A stretch of 64,000 nt of DNA, taken from positions 144,684 through 208,683 of the forward strand of contig CAZYLF010000002.1 of assembly GCA_964648765.1 (NCBI GenBank). Direction: 5' to 3'. Positions 36,692 through 46,707 of the stretch are shown one piece after another (the stretch's first letter is position 1; the number at the start of each line of letters is the position of its first letter). The position numbers were made by a program, and so were the translations under genes. The notes under the pieces were generated by a model. The model was not told where the DNA came from and made no database searches. It was given only the letters and a program-made list of their open reading frames with translations. This DNA is from an uncultured Candidatus Saccharibacteria bacterium. Lineage in GTDB: Bacteria > Patescibacteriota > Minisyncoccia > Phycocordibacterales > JACOZG01.

Positions 36692-37619
36692 TCTTAATTA
36701 TTTCTTTAATGCCAGGCTCGAGGCTTTTAGGATCTCTCGCAACATTAAGTCTGATGATAATCTCTGCCAGCAAACCCATCAAGATAAACAAAACGCCAAC
36801 CACCATAAAAATGGAGACCAGAGTGGGGAGTGGTGTCCGATTAAAATGGACCCCCTCAATCACTCGATAATAGACCGCCCACAGAAAGATAAGTCCGGAT
36901 AAAAGTAAACTAACAAAACCAAAAATACCAAAAAAGTGCATTGGTTTGGATGAGTATTTATTAAAAAAATGGAAAGCTAAAATATCCAAAATGACTTTAA
37001 AAGTTCGGGAGATGCCATACTTAGACTTGCCGAACTTCCGGGGAGAATAGGACACTGGAGTCTCAATTACTCGAGCCCCCTTGTTTGCCAAATGAGCCAC
37101 TAGCATCCGATGAGCGTCACCCAACAATAAAACATTATTAAAAACCTCTCGGCGATAAATTCTAAAGCTCGAGCCATGATCATGTAGTTTAACACCAGTG
37201 ATGTAGGAAATTAATTTATTAGCTAGGACTGAGGGAATTTTTCTAGTAAAAAATTGCCCGGTCCAGCGATTAGTTCTCCAGCCCGATACCACATCATAAC
37301 CCTTATCAAACTCATTAAACAATAACTTTACGTCTTCAGGATTATTTTCTAGGTCACCATCAAGAGTCACAATTACATTACCACTAGCGTTGATCAAACC
37401 GGCCAACAAAGCCTTGGTCTGGCCATTATTATGAGCAAGTTTAATCCCCACCACAGCGGTCAGTTTTTTAATCTCACTAAAAGTCCCGTCAGTAGAGCCG
37501 TCATCCACAAAAATTATTTCAAAAGTTTTATTTAGATCACTCAAGGCCCGCGAAATCCTGCCGTAAAGTTCGGCTACATTCTTCTCTTCATTATAAAATG
37601 GGACAATAACTGAGATCAT
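36684..37619 (-). CDS. Family 2 glycosyltransferase, polyprenol-phosphate sugar transferase type (GtrB/ArnC/DPM1-like)
   Basis: Motifs VIVPFYNEE, FVDDGSTDGT and a DxD are present. It has two C-terminal TM helices. Confidence 0.8.
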   Translation of the reverse strand: MISVIVPFYNEEKNVAELYGRISRALSDLNKTFEIIFVDDGSTDGTFSEIKKLTAVVGIKLAHNNGQTKALLAGLINASGNVIVTLDGDLENNPEDVKLLFNEFDKGYDVVSGWRTNRWTGQFFTRKIPSVLANKLISYITGVKLHDHGSSFRIYRREVFNNVLLLGDAHRMLVAHLANKGARVIETPVSYSPRKFGKSKYGISRTFKVILDILAFHFFNKYSSKPMHFFGIFGFVSLLLSGLIFLWAVYYRVIEGVHFNRTPLPTLVSIFMVVGVLFILMGLLAEIIIRLNVARDPKSLEPGIKEIIKNG

Positions 37620-38344
37620 TATTTTTTGTTTAATTTCTTTAGCAGTTGTTGGGCGATAAAAAAATCTAGCTCGTTATCTATGTCGTGAGCATGGTCAGCC
37701 GAAATAAGGTGGTGGCCCACAAAATCCCCCGTCTGATTTCTTTTATTCTTTATCACCCCCACTCTGGTGATTACAGGCAAACTCTCTCTATTATACGCTA
37801 TTTCATAAGCCTGCCTGTTGGAAGGCGCCACATCTCTAGCTTGATTGGTAACATAACACAAGACCCCCTGTTTTTCAGACAATTTTACCATTTTTCTCGG
37901 ATGGCCTTTAGCGGGAGAAATTAAAACCACCGAATCTAGATGCTGATTTTTTAAAATTAATTCAATCCCCCGATCCACATCCTGAGCTAAAACTAATGGA
38001 GTGGTCGGGCAAAGATATACAACTAGATCCGGTACATACGATTCCTCCCTCTCTAACCAAACCAGCGCATGCTCAATAAATTCAAAAACCGTTGAATGAT
38101 CGGTTGATATAGTTAGCGGTTGTATAAAAGGTGTTTCAATACTATATCTGTTAGCCAGCCTAGCATAATCCGGGGAATCTGTTGATAAAATATACCTATT
38201 AATATACTTGGACTTTTTGGCTATCTCCGCTGGCCAAACCAGCAGCGGTTTACCGCCCAACTTCTTAACATTTTTATGGGATAAACCTTTTGAGCCAGAT
38301 CGCGCCCCACTAATACCTAGGATTTTAAGCTTCTTTTGTGACAT
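37619..38344 (-). CDS. Second cytidylyltransferase of the CMP-NeuAc synthetase / PseF-LegF family
   Basis: The N-terminus ILGISGARSGSKGLSHKNVKKLGGKPL matches the family. Confidence 0.7.
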   Translation of the reverse strand: MSQKKLKILGISGARSGSKGLSHKNVKKLGGKPLLVWPAEIAKKSKYINRYILSTDSPDYARLANRYSIETPFIQPLTISTDHSTVFEFIEHALVWLEREESYVPDLVVYLCPTTPLVLAQDVDRGIELILKNQHLDSVVLISPAKGHPRKMVKLSEKQGVLCYVTNQARDVAPSNRQAYEIAYNRESLPVITRVGVIKNKRNQTGDFVGHHLISADHAHDIDNELDFFIAQQLLKKLNKK

Positions 38345-38418
38345 GTTATTTAATATTTAGAGCTTACCTTAAAATACAGTACGGGACAACATTTAAGAAA
38401 TTTTGACTATGCAGAAGA

Positions 38419-39786
38419 CTATTCTATCATCAGCTCCATTTGGCCTAAGATCCGAGTGGCTGTTTGGCCATCGACTGGACCCGCCAGACTTTCCACCAAC
38501 TTGGCTCGTCCTTCTTTTTTATAATCACGGTTAGTTAGGTACATTTTTACCGCCCCCACCAACTCTTGCTCGGTTGAAACTAATGATACCCCGCCACTAG
38601 CTACCACATCTACTAGATGTTTGTTTTCTCTGAAGGCAACCCTCAAGTCCTCTTCCCACCTTACAGGTATACCATTAAATCCGAGGGAGATTACCGGCGT
38701 GTCTAAGATGGCCCCCTCTAAAGCAATTGATGAACCAAAATTCATAATCAAAGCTGAATGCCTAATCAAGTTAGCCAACACCTTCATTTCATCTATTTTA
38801 AAATTCATATTTCTCCCCAACCACAAAATTGGCACGTTTTTTAAGTCATCAACAAACTTTATTCTTTTCTCATCAATCGGATGAACACTTGCCACCAAGC
38901 CCAGCTCGGGAAAGGCAGTTTTAACCACCATTAAGTGGTAACCATGATCAGTCTGCTCGAGGATTTGAGTGAATGGTGGACCACTAAAGTAAGTTAGCCA
39001 TGGCCTGGCTGGATCAAGGCCAACTAACGTAGCAACTTCTTCCCGACTAATAAACCAATCCGGGCTGCGATGGCAGCTCCACTGCAAAAAACCAACAACC
39101 TTGATTTTATCACGTGGGTAGTCGTCTAAGACCGAAGCCTCTTCGACCATAGTTGGATTTTGAACCAACAAAAAATCAGGGTGCACAATTAAAAATAGTT
39201 TTGAAGATAAATTATCCCAACTTTTAGTCATACCTAACGTTTTAACTCCATGTCTTTTGGCTGCCTTCAACAAGGAAATATCTTCCCTGTCCAATAGAGA
39301 TGGAGTAAACACCAGGTTTGGTTGGTATTTTTTTAAATAATCTTTCCAAACAACGTCTTCTCTGAGAAAACAATACTCAAACCAGCGGAGAAAACTCCGC
39401 CAAATCTTAAAGCCACCCAAAAACCAAGCTATTCTTTTGGCGCAAAAATTTAATAGTGACCCACCTCTTAGATATGGGTACTTTTGCCGACTTTTTATCG
39501 TAACAGTGTGAATCGAATCATGAACAAATATTTGCCACAAGTATGCCCAACTAGGCATGTGACTTAAACAATTAGGTAATGACTCAAAAAAAATATTTTC
39601 TGCTGACATTTCACCGGATAACTGACTTAACCGTTGCTGCGAAACAAAAATGATAAATTTGAGCTCTTTTTTTTCTTTAAGTTTAGTGTAGAAATCACTT
39701 CGTAAAAGATTTCTAATTTCCATATTGGTCGGACAGTTAATAAAAATGGTTTTCATGTCGGCACGCGAAAAGTGTAAATTCTTCAC
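38419..39786 (-). CDS. TagB/TagF-like glycerophosphotransferase family protein (paralogue of 32128..33489)
   Basis: 455 aa with the same architecture. The C-terminal motif is SALIMNFGSSIALEGAILDTPVI. Confidence 0.45.
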   Translation of the reverse strand: MKNLHFSRADMKTIFINCPTNMEIRNLLRSDFYTKLKEKKELKFIIFVSQQRLSQLSGEMSAENIFFESLPNCLSHMPSWAYLWQIFVHDSIHTVTIKSRQKYPYLRGGSLLNFCAKRIAWFLGGFKIWRSFLRWFEYCFLREDVVWKDYLKKYQPNLVFTPSLLDREDISLLKAAKRHGVKTLGMTKSWDNLSSKLFLIVHPDFLLVQNPTMVEEASVLDDYPRDKIKVVGFLQWSCHRSPDWFISREEVATLVGLDPARPWLTYFSGPPFTQILEQTDHGYHLMVVKTAFPELGLVASVHPIDEKRIKFVDDLKNVPILWLGRNMNFKIDEMKVLANLIRHSALIMNFGSSIALEGAILDTPVISLGFNGIPVRWEEDLRVAFRENKHLVDVVASGGVSLVSTEQELVGAVKMYLTNRDYKKEGRAKLVESLAGPVDGQTATRILGQMELMIE

Positions 39787-39802
39787 CTAAATATGCTATA
39801 TT

Positions 39803-40990
39803 TTGAAAATGAAAGCAAACAAGAACACCCAAATTAAAACCACCTGGCTCAACAATACAAAACAGACCTTAAATACAGGCTTGATTGAGACGTCTATCAG
39901 GCAACCTATGGCAGAAGAGATTTTGGTCGAGATGGTATATGTACCCGTCCACGGTAGTTTTTGGCTAGCTACCAATCCCCAAATGACCCACCCCAGAATA
40001 AAAGAATTTATGGAAAATGATGGCTTTGTGTTTGGCAACGGTGGGGTGGGTAAGGTCTTGGCTGTAGGTGAAAATATCCAAGACACCCTGGTTGGCGATT
40101 TTGTGGCCATTTTCGGTCACACACCCTGTAAGCATCAGGACTGTGGGGCCTGCTATGCTAGACATCGATATGTTGAATGTGATTACGGTGAGGGTAAAAT
40201 AATTGGCCACGGTAAACAGTCTGGTGATGGTACTTATGCCAGATTCGCAACTCTACCTAAGTATTCATACGAAGTCTGTTCAAAAAAAGATGACCCCATC
40301 AATGATAAAACTTTAAAAGCTCTAATGTATAGCTTTCTGCTGGCAGACGTGAGGAACGCCTTAACGAGAAATGACAATGCCCTAAACCACGACACCGTGA
40401 TTATTTTTGGTGCGGGGCAGTCTGGCTTATTGGCAATTCATTTAATTTTAAAAACCAACGATCGATCTAAAATTTTACTGATCGACATAGATCAGAGTCG
40501 ACTAGAACACGCTCAAAAAATAGATAATCAAAGAATCTTTACCTACCACTTAAACCAAAAAAACGAACAAACGGAAAACATAAACCTCATCGCCAAACAA
40601 ATCGAAAAAGTCTTTAGCGGGAAAAAAGCGGGTTTAATTTTTGACGCCTCATCTGGTAACTCGGCCCCGCTCTGGGCTAATACCAAAATCCTTGGGCCAA
40701 ATTGCTTAGTAATAGTTTTTGGTTTTGGTTCACTTGGCGCGACGCTAGATAATAGAGTTTTCCAACTATCTGGTTTAGAAATATTAATGAGTCGAGGTGT
40801 AGGTAATCTGGAGAATCGAAAAGAGGTGGTCCGCTTGATCAAAAGCAACAGCGACGAGTTTATAAATAGAAACCTAACAGAAAAATCAATCGAACTCGTT
40901 AACCTTAAAGCGGCAATGGATTTTATTAGCCGCTACCAGGGCGAGGAAGGCGTAATTCCTCAAGCCTATATTAAGTTTGACACTCATTGA
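39803..40990 (+). CDS. Zinc-dependent medium-chain dehydrogenase/reductase (alcohol/sugar dehydrogenase family)
   Basis: It has a GroES-like N-domain with Cys/His zinc ligands and the Rossmann motif IIFGAGQSG. Confidence 0.65.
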   Translation: MKMKANKNTQIKTTWLNNTKQTLNTGLIETSIRQPMAEEILVEMVYVPVHGSFWLATNPQMTHPRIKEFMENDGFVFGNGGVGKVLAVGENIQDTLVGDFVAIFGHTPCKHQDCGACYARHRYVECDYGEGKIIGHGKQSGDGTYARFATLPKYSYEVCSKKDDPINDKTLKALMYSFLLADVRNALTRNDNALNHDTVIIFGAGQSGLLAIHLILKTNDRSKILLIDIDQSRLEHAQKIDNQRIFTYHLNQKNEQTENINLIAKQIEKVFSGKKAGLIFDASSGNSAPLWANTKILGPNCLVIVFGFGSLGATLDNRVFQLSGLEILMSRGVGNLENRKEVVRLIKSNSDEFINRNLTEKSIELVNLKAAMDFISRYQGEEGVIPQAYIKFDTH

Positions 40991-41849
40991 TATGAAAATT
41001 GAAATCGCCCTACTCCTATATAATCGACCAGAACACAGCCAGAAGGTAATTGAAAGTCTGGTGGCTAATGGTGTATCTGAATTTAGAGCTTTTTTAGATT
41101 ATCCCGCCAATCCTGAGGTCAAGAACAACCAGCAAAAAATTCTCGCTTATCTAAACTCTCAAGATAAAATAAAAATTAATTTATATCAACACGAGACAAA
41201 ACAAGGTTTAGCTAAATCAGTGAAGTTCGCAATGAACCACACCTTTAAGGATGCGGATGCGGTAATTTTACTAGAGGATGACTGTGTAGTTCGACCCGGA
41301 GGCGTTTCATTTTTTAGAGAGGGTCTGGAAAAATTCCGAGATAACAAAAATATCCGCAGTATTTGCGGCTACTTGTTCCCCGCACCCTTCATGAAGAAAA
41401 GTGAGGAATTACTACTGCTGAGCCGTTTTTGCACGTGGGGGTGGGCAACCTGGAAAAAAGAATGGTTAGACTATAATCACGATTTGAAAGAACTAGTAGA
41501 TAAATTTAAAAAGAACAACACCCGAATAGAAGATTTTGCGATAGACATTGCCCAGTTAACAAAATCAAAAACTTACCTTGAAAACAAAGTGGATATTTGG
41601 AGCATAAATTGGATCTTACAGCACTACATTACTGGCACACTTTGTCTCTACCCAACCGAATCGGTTATCGAAAATATTGGGTTTGACGGTTCAGGCAAAA
41701 ACTCCGAAATTACCCCTAATTTCAATTTGGCAAATTCCAAATCACAAAATATTCATGACTGGGACAACATCTCTTATTACGTTTATAATGAAGAGGTCTT
41801 AAAACAGTTTATGAAAGAGAATGGCTTAAAAACTTATCCATACCTCTAG
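40977..41849 (+). CDS. GT-A fold glycosyltransferase resembling the GNT-I (GT13) family
   Basis: It is colinear with the GnT-I catalytic core. The DxD-type motif is AVILLEDDCVV. The family call is tentative. Confidence 0.4.
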   Translation: MTLIDMKIEIALLLYNRPEHSQKVIESLVANGVSEFRAFLDYPANPEVKNNQQKILAYLNSQDKIKINLYQHETKQGLAKSVKFAMNHTFKDADAVILLEDDCVVRPGGVSFFREGLEKFRDNKNIRSICGYLFPAPFMKKSEELLLLSRFCTWGWATWKKEWLDYNHDLKELVDKFKKNNTRIEDFAIDIAQLTKSKTYLENKVDIWSINWILQHYITGTLCLYPTESVIENIGFDGSGKNSEITPNFNLANSKSQNIHDWDNISYYVYNEEVLKQFMKENGLKTYPYL

Positions 41850-41853
41850 AACG

Positions 41854-43140
41854 ATGAAAATTAAAGAAATTATTGTCACCCCAATTGCCATAGATGACCC
41901 ACCCCTACTAAACGCCTCGGGTCTACACGCTCCCTACGCACTAAGAATTGTGGTAGAAATAGTCGAGGAAAGTGGGCTAACGGGCATCAGTGAGGTACCT
42001 GGTGACCACGATACCCTTAGGGTGTTAAACGGGCTTAAAAACTTTATAAACGATATTGATGTATATGATTTAGACAATTTTAGATTTTGGCTCAAAACAA
42101 AATTTGGGTCATCGGAAACAGAACATAGGGGTTTGCAAACATGGGACAGAAGGGCCTTATCTCATGTGGAGGCCGCTATTGAGGTTGCCGCATATGATTT
42201 AATTGGCAAAAAACATAACAAAAAAGTCTGTGAGCTACTTGGCGGACAAAAGAGACCCAATGTCCCCTTTGCTGGCTATTTATTTTTTAAATATGAAGGA
42301 GCAGGTGGTGATTTAGGATTTAAAACAAACCCAAATAGTACTGGCTGGGCTCTGGAGAGGCAGCAAGAAGTGTTAACCCCGGAAGCCATTGTGAGACAAG
42401 CTAAGTGCATGGTGGAGACGTTTGGTTTTAAAGCTCTAAAATTAAAGGGGGGTATTTTAGAACCCAGGCTGGAGGTAGACTCCGTATTAGCTCTCCACCA
42501 AGAATTTGGCAAAACAATGCCACTTAGAATGGACCCGAATGCAGTGTGGTGTTATGACACCGCCCTTAAGTTTGGTAAAGAAATGAAGGGAGTAGTAGAG
42601 TATCTAGAAGACCCCGTCAGAGACCAAAGCGAAATGGCTAGACTGAGGAAAGAGTTACAAATTCCACTAGCGACTAACATGGCCACGACGTCATTTTCTG
42701 ATTTAAATAAAAGTCTAGAGTACAATTCAGAGGATATTATTTTGTTAGACCATCATTTTTGGGGAGGTTTTACTCCCTCACTTAAAATGGCTGATCTAGC
42801 AAATGGACTAGGTAGAGGAATTTCCACCCACTCCAACTCTCATTCCGGAATCTCCATGGCCGCAATGGTTCATTTTGGGGCTGTCCTCCCCCACCTTTCT
42901 TCTTCCCTTGACACTCATTACCCATGGCAAGCAGATGATATTATCTCAGGAGGGAAAATTGAAATAAAGGGAGGCTCTATAGAGATTCCTCGTGGACCAG
43001 GCCTCGGCATAGAACTAGACCGCGAAAAACTAAAACTTGCCCACGAAAAATACCTAGCATCAGGCCTGACGACCAGAAACGATGAAGTCGAGATGCAAAA
43101 GGTAAATCCCGAGTGGAGATTTAGACCGATAAGATACTAA
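41854..43140 (+). CDS. Enolase-superfamily enzyme, glucarate dehydratase (GudD)-like
   Basis: Matches to E. coli GudD recalled from memory run across the N-terminal capping domain (NASGLHAPY / SGLTGISEVPG) and the barrel (LKLKGG..., RMDPNAVW). Confidence 0.65.
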   Translation: MKIKEIIVTPIAIDDPPLLNASGLHAPYALRIVVEIVEESGLTGISEVPGDHDTLRVLNGLKNFINDIDVYDLDNFRFWLKTKFGSSETEHRGLQTWDRRALSHVEAAIEVAAYDLIGKKHNKKVCELLGGQKRPNVPFAGYLFFKYEGAGGDLGFKTNPNSTGWALERQQEVLTPEAIVRQAKCMVETFGFKALKLKGGILEPRLEVDSVLALHQEFGKTMPLRMDPNAVWCYDTALKFGKEMKGVVEYLEDPVRDQSEMARLRKELQIPLATNMATTSFSDLNKSLEYNSEDIILLDHHFWGGFTPSLKMADLANGLGRGISTHSNSHSGISMAAMVHFGAVLPHLSSSLDTHYPWQADDIISGGKIEIKGGSIEIPRGPGLGIELDREKLKLAHEKYLASGLTTRNDEVEMQKVNPEWRFRPIRY

Positions 43141-43772
43141 AAATACGAATCTTCACTCTTAAAAAACTTTTTAATTTTTTCCTTTGCTTTTCTTAAAAAA
43201 TGGAGTGAAATAAAACTTGTTTCATTTAAATAATTTAAATGAAATTTATGACCGTCAAACTCAAGCTCAGAAATCGAGACTTCATCTAAATGAGGGTAAT
43301 CATTAAGATTGAATAAGTTAACCAGAGCACACTGCATTACTAGGGCGTGAGTGACAACCAGCGGGCGTTTTGAGTCACGAGTGCTCAGTTGATTTAAAAA
43401 TTCAATAAATCTTTTAGCTGCCTCATTAAATGACTCCCCATCAGCTGGAGATAAGTCTTTATTTAACCTCGCACGTCGTTTAGCTTCTTTGAAGGCAACA
43501 CCAGTCACGGATCTGGAAGGTGCATATTCGACTACTCGATCATCAAAATTTATTGATAGACCCAGGGTCCTCGCTACAATCTCAGCCGTTTCTTTAGACC
43601 GAGCCAAGGGACTAGAATAAACAATATCAGGCTTTATTTTTTGTTTAAGGTAATTTGCAGCGGCCTGTGCCCTCTTTTTGCCAGTGTCAGACAAACCAAC
43701 CTTAGCCCCCGCCTCATATACTAAGCCCTCACGAGACCGACTCTGGGCATGCCTCATTAAATAAATTTTCAT
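43137..43772 (-). CDS. Histidine phosphatase family protein (phosphoglycerate-mutase-like)
   Basis: It has the RHAQS catalytic motif at the N-terminus. Confidence 0.7.
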   Translation of the reverse strand: MKIYLMRHAQSRSREGLVYEAGAKVGLSDTGKKRAQAAANYLKQKIKPDIVYSSPLARSKETAEIVARTLGLSINFDDRVVEYAPSRSVTGVAFKEAKRRARLNKDLSPADGESFNEAAKRFIEFLNQLSTRDSKRPLVVTHALVMQCALVNLFNLNDYPHLDEVSISELEFDGHKFHLNYLNETSFISLHFLRKAKEKIKKFFKSEDSYF

Positions 43773-43869
43773 TTTAGTTAGTATAGTCTACCTACTAGTA
43801 TACTTAAGATCCACTGCCTATGCACTCCCTATCTTAATAATCAATTATAAAGTAAAATCATAACAAAAT

Positions 43870-45261
43870 ATGAAACACCTATCGACAATTACCAAAATAA
43901 TCATTCTTTCTTATATCCTCAGAATGTCCTTGGCCATGCTTACTTTATCTTATTTTGGGGAGGAGCCAATCTTTAGCAATGATTCAAAAAATTTTTTGAC
44001 AACTGGTCAAAACCTTACATTAGGCCGGGGTTTTACTAAAGATACTAGCCCGCCGTTCTCCCCAGAGGCACATTTTCCCCCGATATATCCATTATTAATA
44101 GCTGGGTCAATCAAATTATCTGGTGGCGTCATCCCACTAGTAGCTTTTCAAATTATTTTATCATCGCTAATTCCACTTTTAATTTGGGAAATCACTGGCT
44201 TCTTAACCAGCTCAAAAAGAGTGCGCATCTTCGCCTCAATTTTGTCTGCAGTTGAACCTCTAACGATAATTTTTAGTGTAATGATACTGACCGAAGTGAT
44301 CTCAGTTTTTTTTATTCTTCTTTCAATTTTACTGTTTTTAAAATTTATCTACCACCACAAAAACCAACACATCATACTTTCGGGAGTCACGTTGGGTATT
44401 TCAGTCCTTACTAGACCACACGGTCAATTCTTAGTTATTTTGGCACTTCTTTTTTTACTTACAACCGCGATCATCAACAAAGCCACCCGAAAAAAAACAC
44501 TGCTTGGCTTGGCTTCCTTTTTACTCTTTTATGTTGCAACAATTTCCCCTTGGCTCATGAGAAACCATAGACAGTTTGATAGTTATAGTATTTCCACTAC
44601 TGGACTGCGGAACGTGTACACATCCATAGTTCCCGCCGTAATTTCTCTTCGAGACGGTACTGAATTCGACGAGGCTCAGTCAATTGCCTACGCAAACCTA
44701 GAAAAAAAATACGGCTACACAAGAAAAGATATTTTGGAGAGGCCAGAATTAGGGAAAATTTTAGTTAAAGAAGGACTTGAAACGGTTAGATCGAACATAA
44801 AAGTAACTTCCCAAGTTTTTCTCATCGCCATTAATGCATTTTTTACCCAGGACCTATACTATAGTTATGGTGTAAGATTTCACTTAATACCTCGCTTCAC
44901 GACGGGCTTCTCACCTTCAGTTATTTTATTAAAGGAGGGGCCAATAGCATTGTACAATACAATCAAAGGGAGTGTAGGATGGTACGGACTTATTCCTTTG
45001 GCGGGTAGAATATTTTGGATTTCAATAAATTTATTAATGCTAATCGGTTTCTTAGTGGGGGTAAGAAAAAAGGAAACAAGGTTCATGACAATCTTCTTAT
45101 TAATTATCATCTTATACTACGCCGGTACGTCAAGTATCGCTGCCTTTAGTGATCATGGGCGCTTCAGACTGCCAGCATCGGGTTTTATGTATGCCCTAGC
45201 TGGTTTGGGTTTTTGGAGTTTAGCAGATAAACTAGGATTAAAATTAAGAACAAAAGTATGA
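43870..45261 (+). CDS. GT-C fold glycosyltransferase of the ArnT / protein-O-mannosyltransferase (GT83/GT39, PMT_2) type
   Basis: 463 aa with about 11 TM. The N-terminal periplasmic loop region has a conserved acidic residue. This is typical of lipid-linked sugar donors acting on lipid or protein acceptors. Confidence 0.6.
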   Translation: MKHLSTITKIIILSYILRMSLAMLTLSYFGEEPIFSNDSKNFLTTGQNLTLGRGFTKDTSPPFSPEAHFPPIYPLLIAGSIKLSGGVIPLVAFQIILSSLIPLLIWEITGFLTSSKRVRIFASILSAVEPLTIIFSVMILTEVISVFFILLSILLFLKFIYHHKNQHIILSGVTLGISVLTRPHGQFLVILALLFLLTTAIINKATRKKTLLGLASFLLFYVATISPWLMRNHRQFDSYSISTTGLRNVYTSIVPAVISLRDGTEFDEAQSIAYANLEKKYGYTRKDILERPELGKILVKEGLETVRSNIKVTSQVFLIAINAFFTQDLYYSYGVRFHLIPRFTTGFSPSVILLKEGPIALYNTIKGSVGWYGLIPLAGRIFWISINLLMLIGFLVGVRKKETRFMTIFLLIIILYYAGTSSIAAFSDHGRFRLPASGFMYALAGLGFWSLADKLGLKLRTKV

Positions 45262-45929
45262 AAAAATTAACCTCATTTTTAAAGAAACTGCTTGGGGGGT
45301 TTGGTCTTTCTATTAGTCATTCTCATCAGATACAATTAAACACGAGGCAGATGCGCTCGCTTTTATATTTGGGGGCAATGTTTAATCGTGTGCGCCACCT
45401 AAACGGAAGTATAGTTGAGTGTGGTGTGGGCAAGGGAAGGACACTCTTGTATTTTTCATTTCTCGCAGAAAATGAGGGGAAAAATCGTAAAGTCTGGGGT
45501 TTCGACTCCTTTCAAGGTTTTCCAGAACCGTCACCAAATGACGCGAGCCCCAGAAAAGCCAAAAAGGGAGAGTGGTCAGGAAACACACCGCACGACATTT
45601 ACACAATCTTATCTCGCGCTGGAATAGCAAGTCAGTACATTAAAAACAATATTAAACTTGTAAAGGGCTTCGTCGAAAATACACTTTCAGACTACGACAA
45701 CTCCCCGATCGCACTTCTCCACATTGACTTAGACCTGTATGAGGCCTACAAAGTAACATTGACAGAAATGTTTCCCAAAATTATTGATGGGGGTGTAGTA
45801 CTTTTTGACGAGTACAATGAACCGAAGTGGCCGGGTGCTAAAAAAGCCGTTGATGAATATTTCAAAGATTCTAAATATCAAATCCAAAAAGATGACTTTT
45901 CAGGAAAATATTTTGTAATTAAAAATTAG
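45258..45929 (+). CDS. TylF/MycF-type (macrocin O-methyltransferase family) sugar O-methyltransferase
   Basis: Motifs G.IVECGVGKG..L and FDSFQGFPEP are present. Confidence 0.7.
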   Translation: MKKLTSFLKKLLGGFGLSISHSHQIQLNTRQMRSLLYLGAMFNRVRHLNGSIVECGVGKGRTLLYFSFLAENEGKNRKVWGFDSFQGFPEPSPNDASPRKAKKGEWSGNTPHDIYTILSRAGIASQYIKNNIKLVKGFVENTLSDYDNSPIALLHIDLDLYEAYKVTLTEMFPKIIDGGVVLFDEYNEPKWPGAKKAVDEYFKDSKYQIQKDDFSGKYFVIKN

Positions 45930-45940
45930 AAAACTACAAG

Positions 45941-46690
45941 TTAGTATTTAGGCCTCTTAAATGGATGACTCTTCATAAACCTGGCGACAATTTGTCTCAT
46001 GGTAGGCAGATCCTCCTTAGTAACAGGGCCGACAAAACCAAGCCTCCTAATATAATCATATCTAAACTTATCGCCAAATACTAAAAAGTAGACGAGCGCA
46101 GTACTAGTTCTGGTGTCTAATATTGCTCGCACTGGGCCAGACGACATTTCCACCACCTCAATTAAGTCAAAATTAAATACCAGTGGACTTAAGTGCGGCT
46201 TCATCATGTAGTCTGGGCCATCAACAAGAACGAAGTCATAATCATACTTTGGTATGTTTTCATAACCAACTCCCCGAAACATATCACGGGTTTTCTCTAC
46301 AGCCCTTCTTAAATGTATTTCCGCAAAATCAAGGTATTTATTTGGCAAAATACTCAAGAGATGCTTATGGTACATTTCATTCTCCTCAAGAGACACGACC
46401 TTACCTGGGTTCCCTTCTTTCGAGTTCTCTAATAACGCCTGAGATATCACCACAGTAGTGACTCCCGATCCGCACTCCAGTACAAACTTCGGTTTATACT
46501 TTTTAATACTTTCATACAAAATTAAATAATCACCAAACTCACATCCCGTGGAAACAGACTTAGCTAAGTAATCATTTAACTCCAACCATAAATCTGGGTA
46601 TTTTCTGATAATAGTATTTCTTGCCCGCTCTTCAAGTTTCAAGGCCACAAATCTACCAATCTTGCCCCTAATAGTACCTAAAATTGTCAT
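45941..46690 (-). CDS. Class I SAM-dependent methyltransferase (CmcI/Methyltransf_24-like)
   Basis: Motifs LECGSGVTT and VLVDGPD are present. Confidence 0.5.
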   Translation of the reverse strand: MTILGTIRGKIGRFVALKLEERARNTIIRKYPDLWLELNDYLAKSVSTGCEFGDYLILYESIKKYKPKFVLECGSGVTTVVISQALLENSKEGNPGKVVSLEENEMYHKHLLSILPNKYLDFAEIHLRRAVEKTRDMFRGVGYENIPKYDYDFVLVDGPDYMMKPHLSPLVFNFDLIEVVEMSSGPVRAILDTRTSTALVYFLVFGDKFRYDYIRRLGFVGPVTKEDLPTMRQIVARFMKSHPFKRPKY

Positions 46691-46707
46691 TTGAATTTCA
46701 ATTTAAA

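Noticed and set aside
39796-40210. Minus-strand ORFs 39796..40110 and 39965..40210
   Set aside because: They are antisense to the well-supported MDR dehydrogenase gene.
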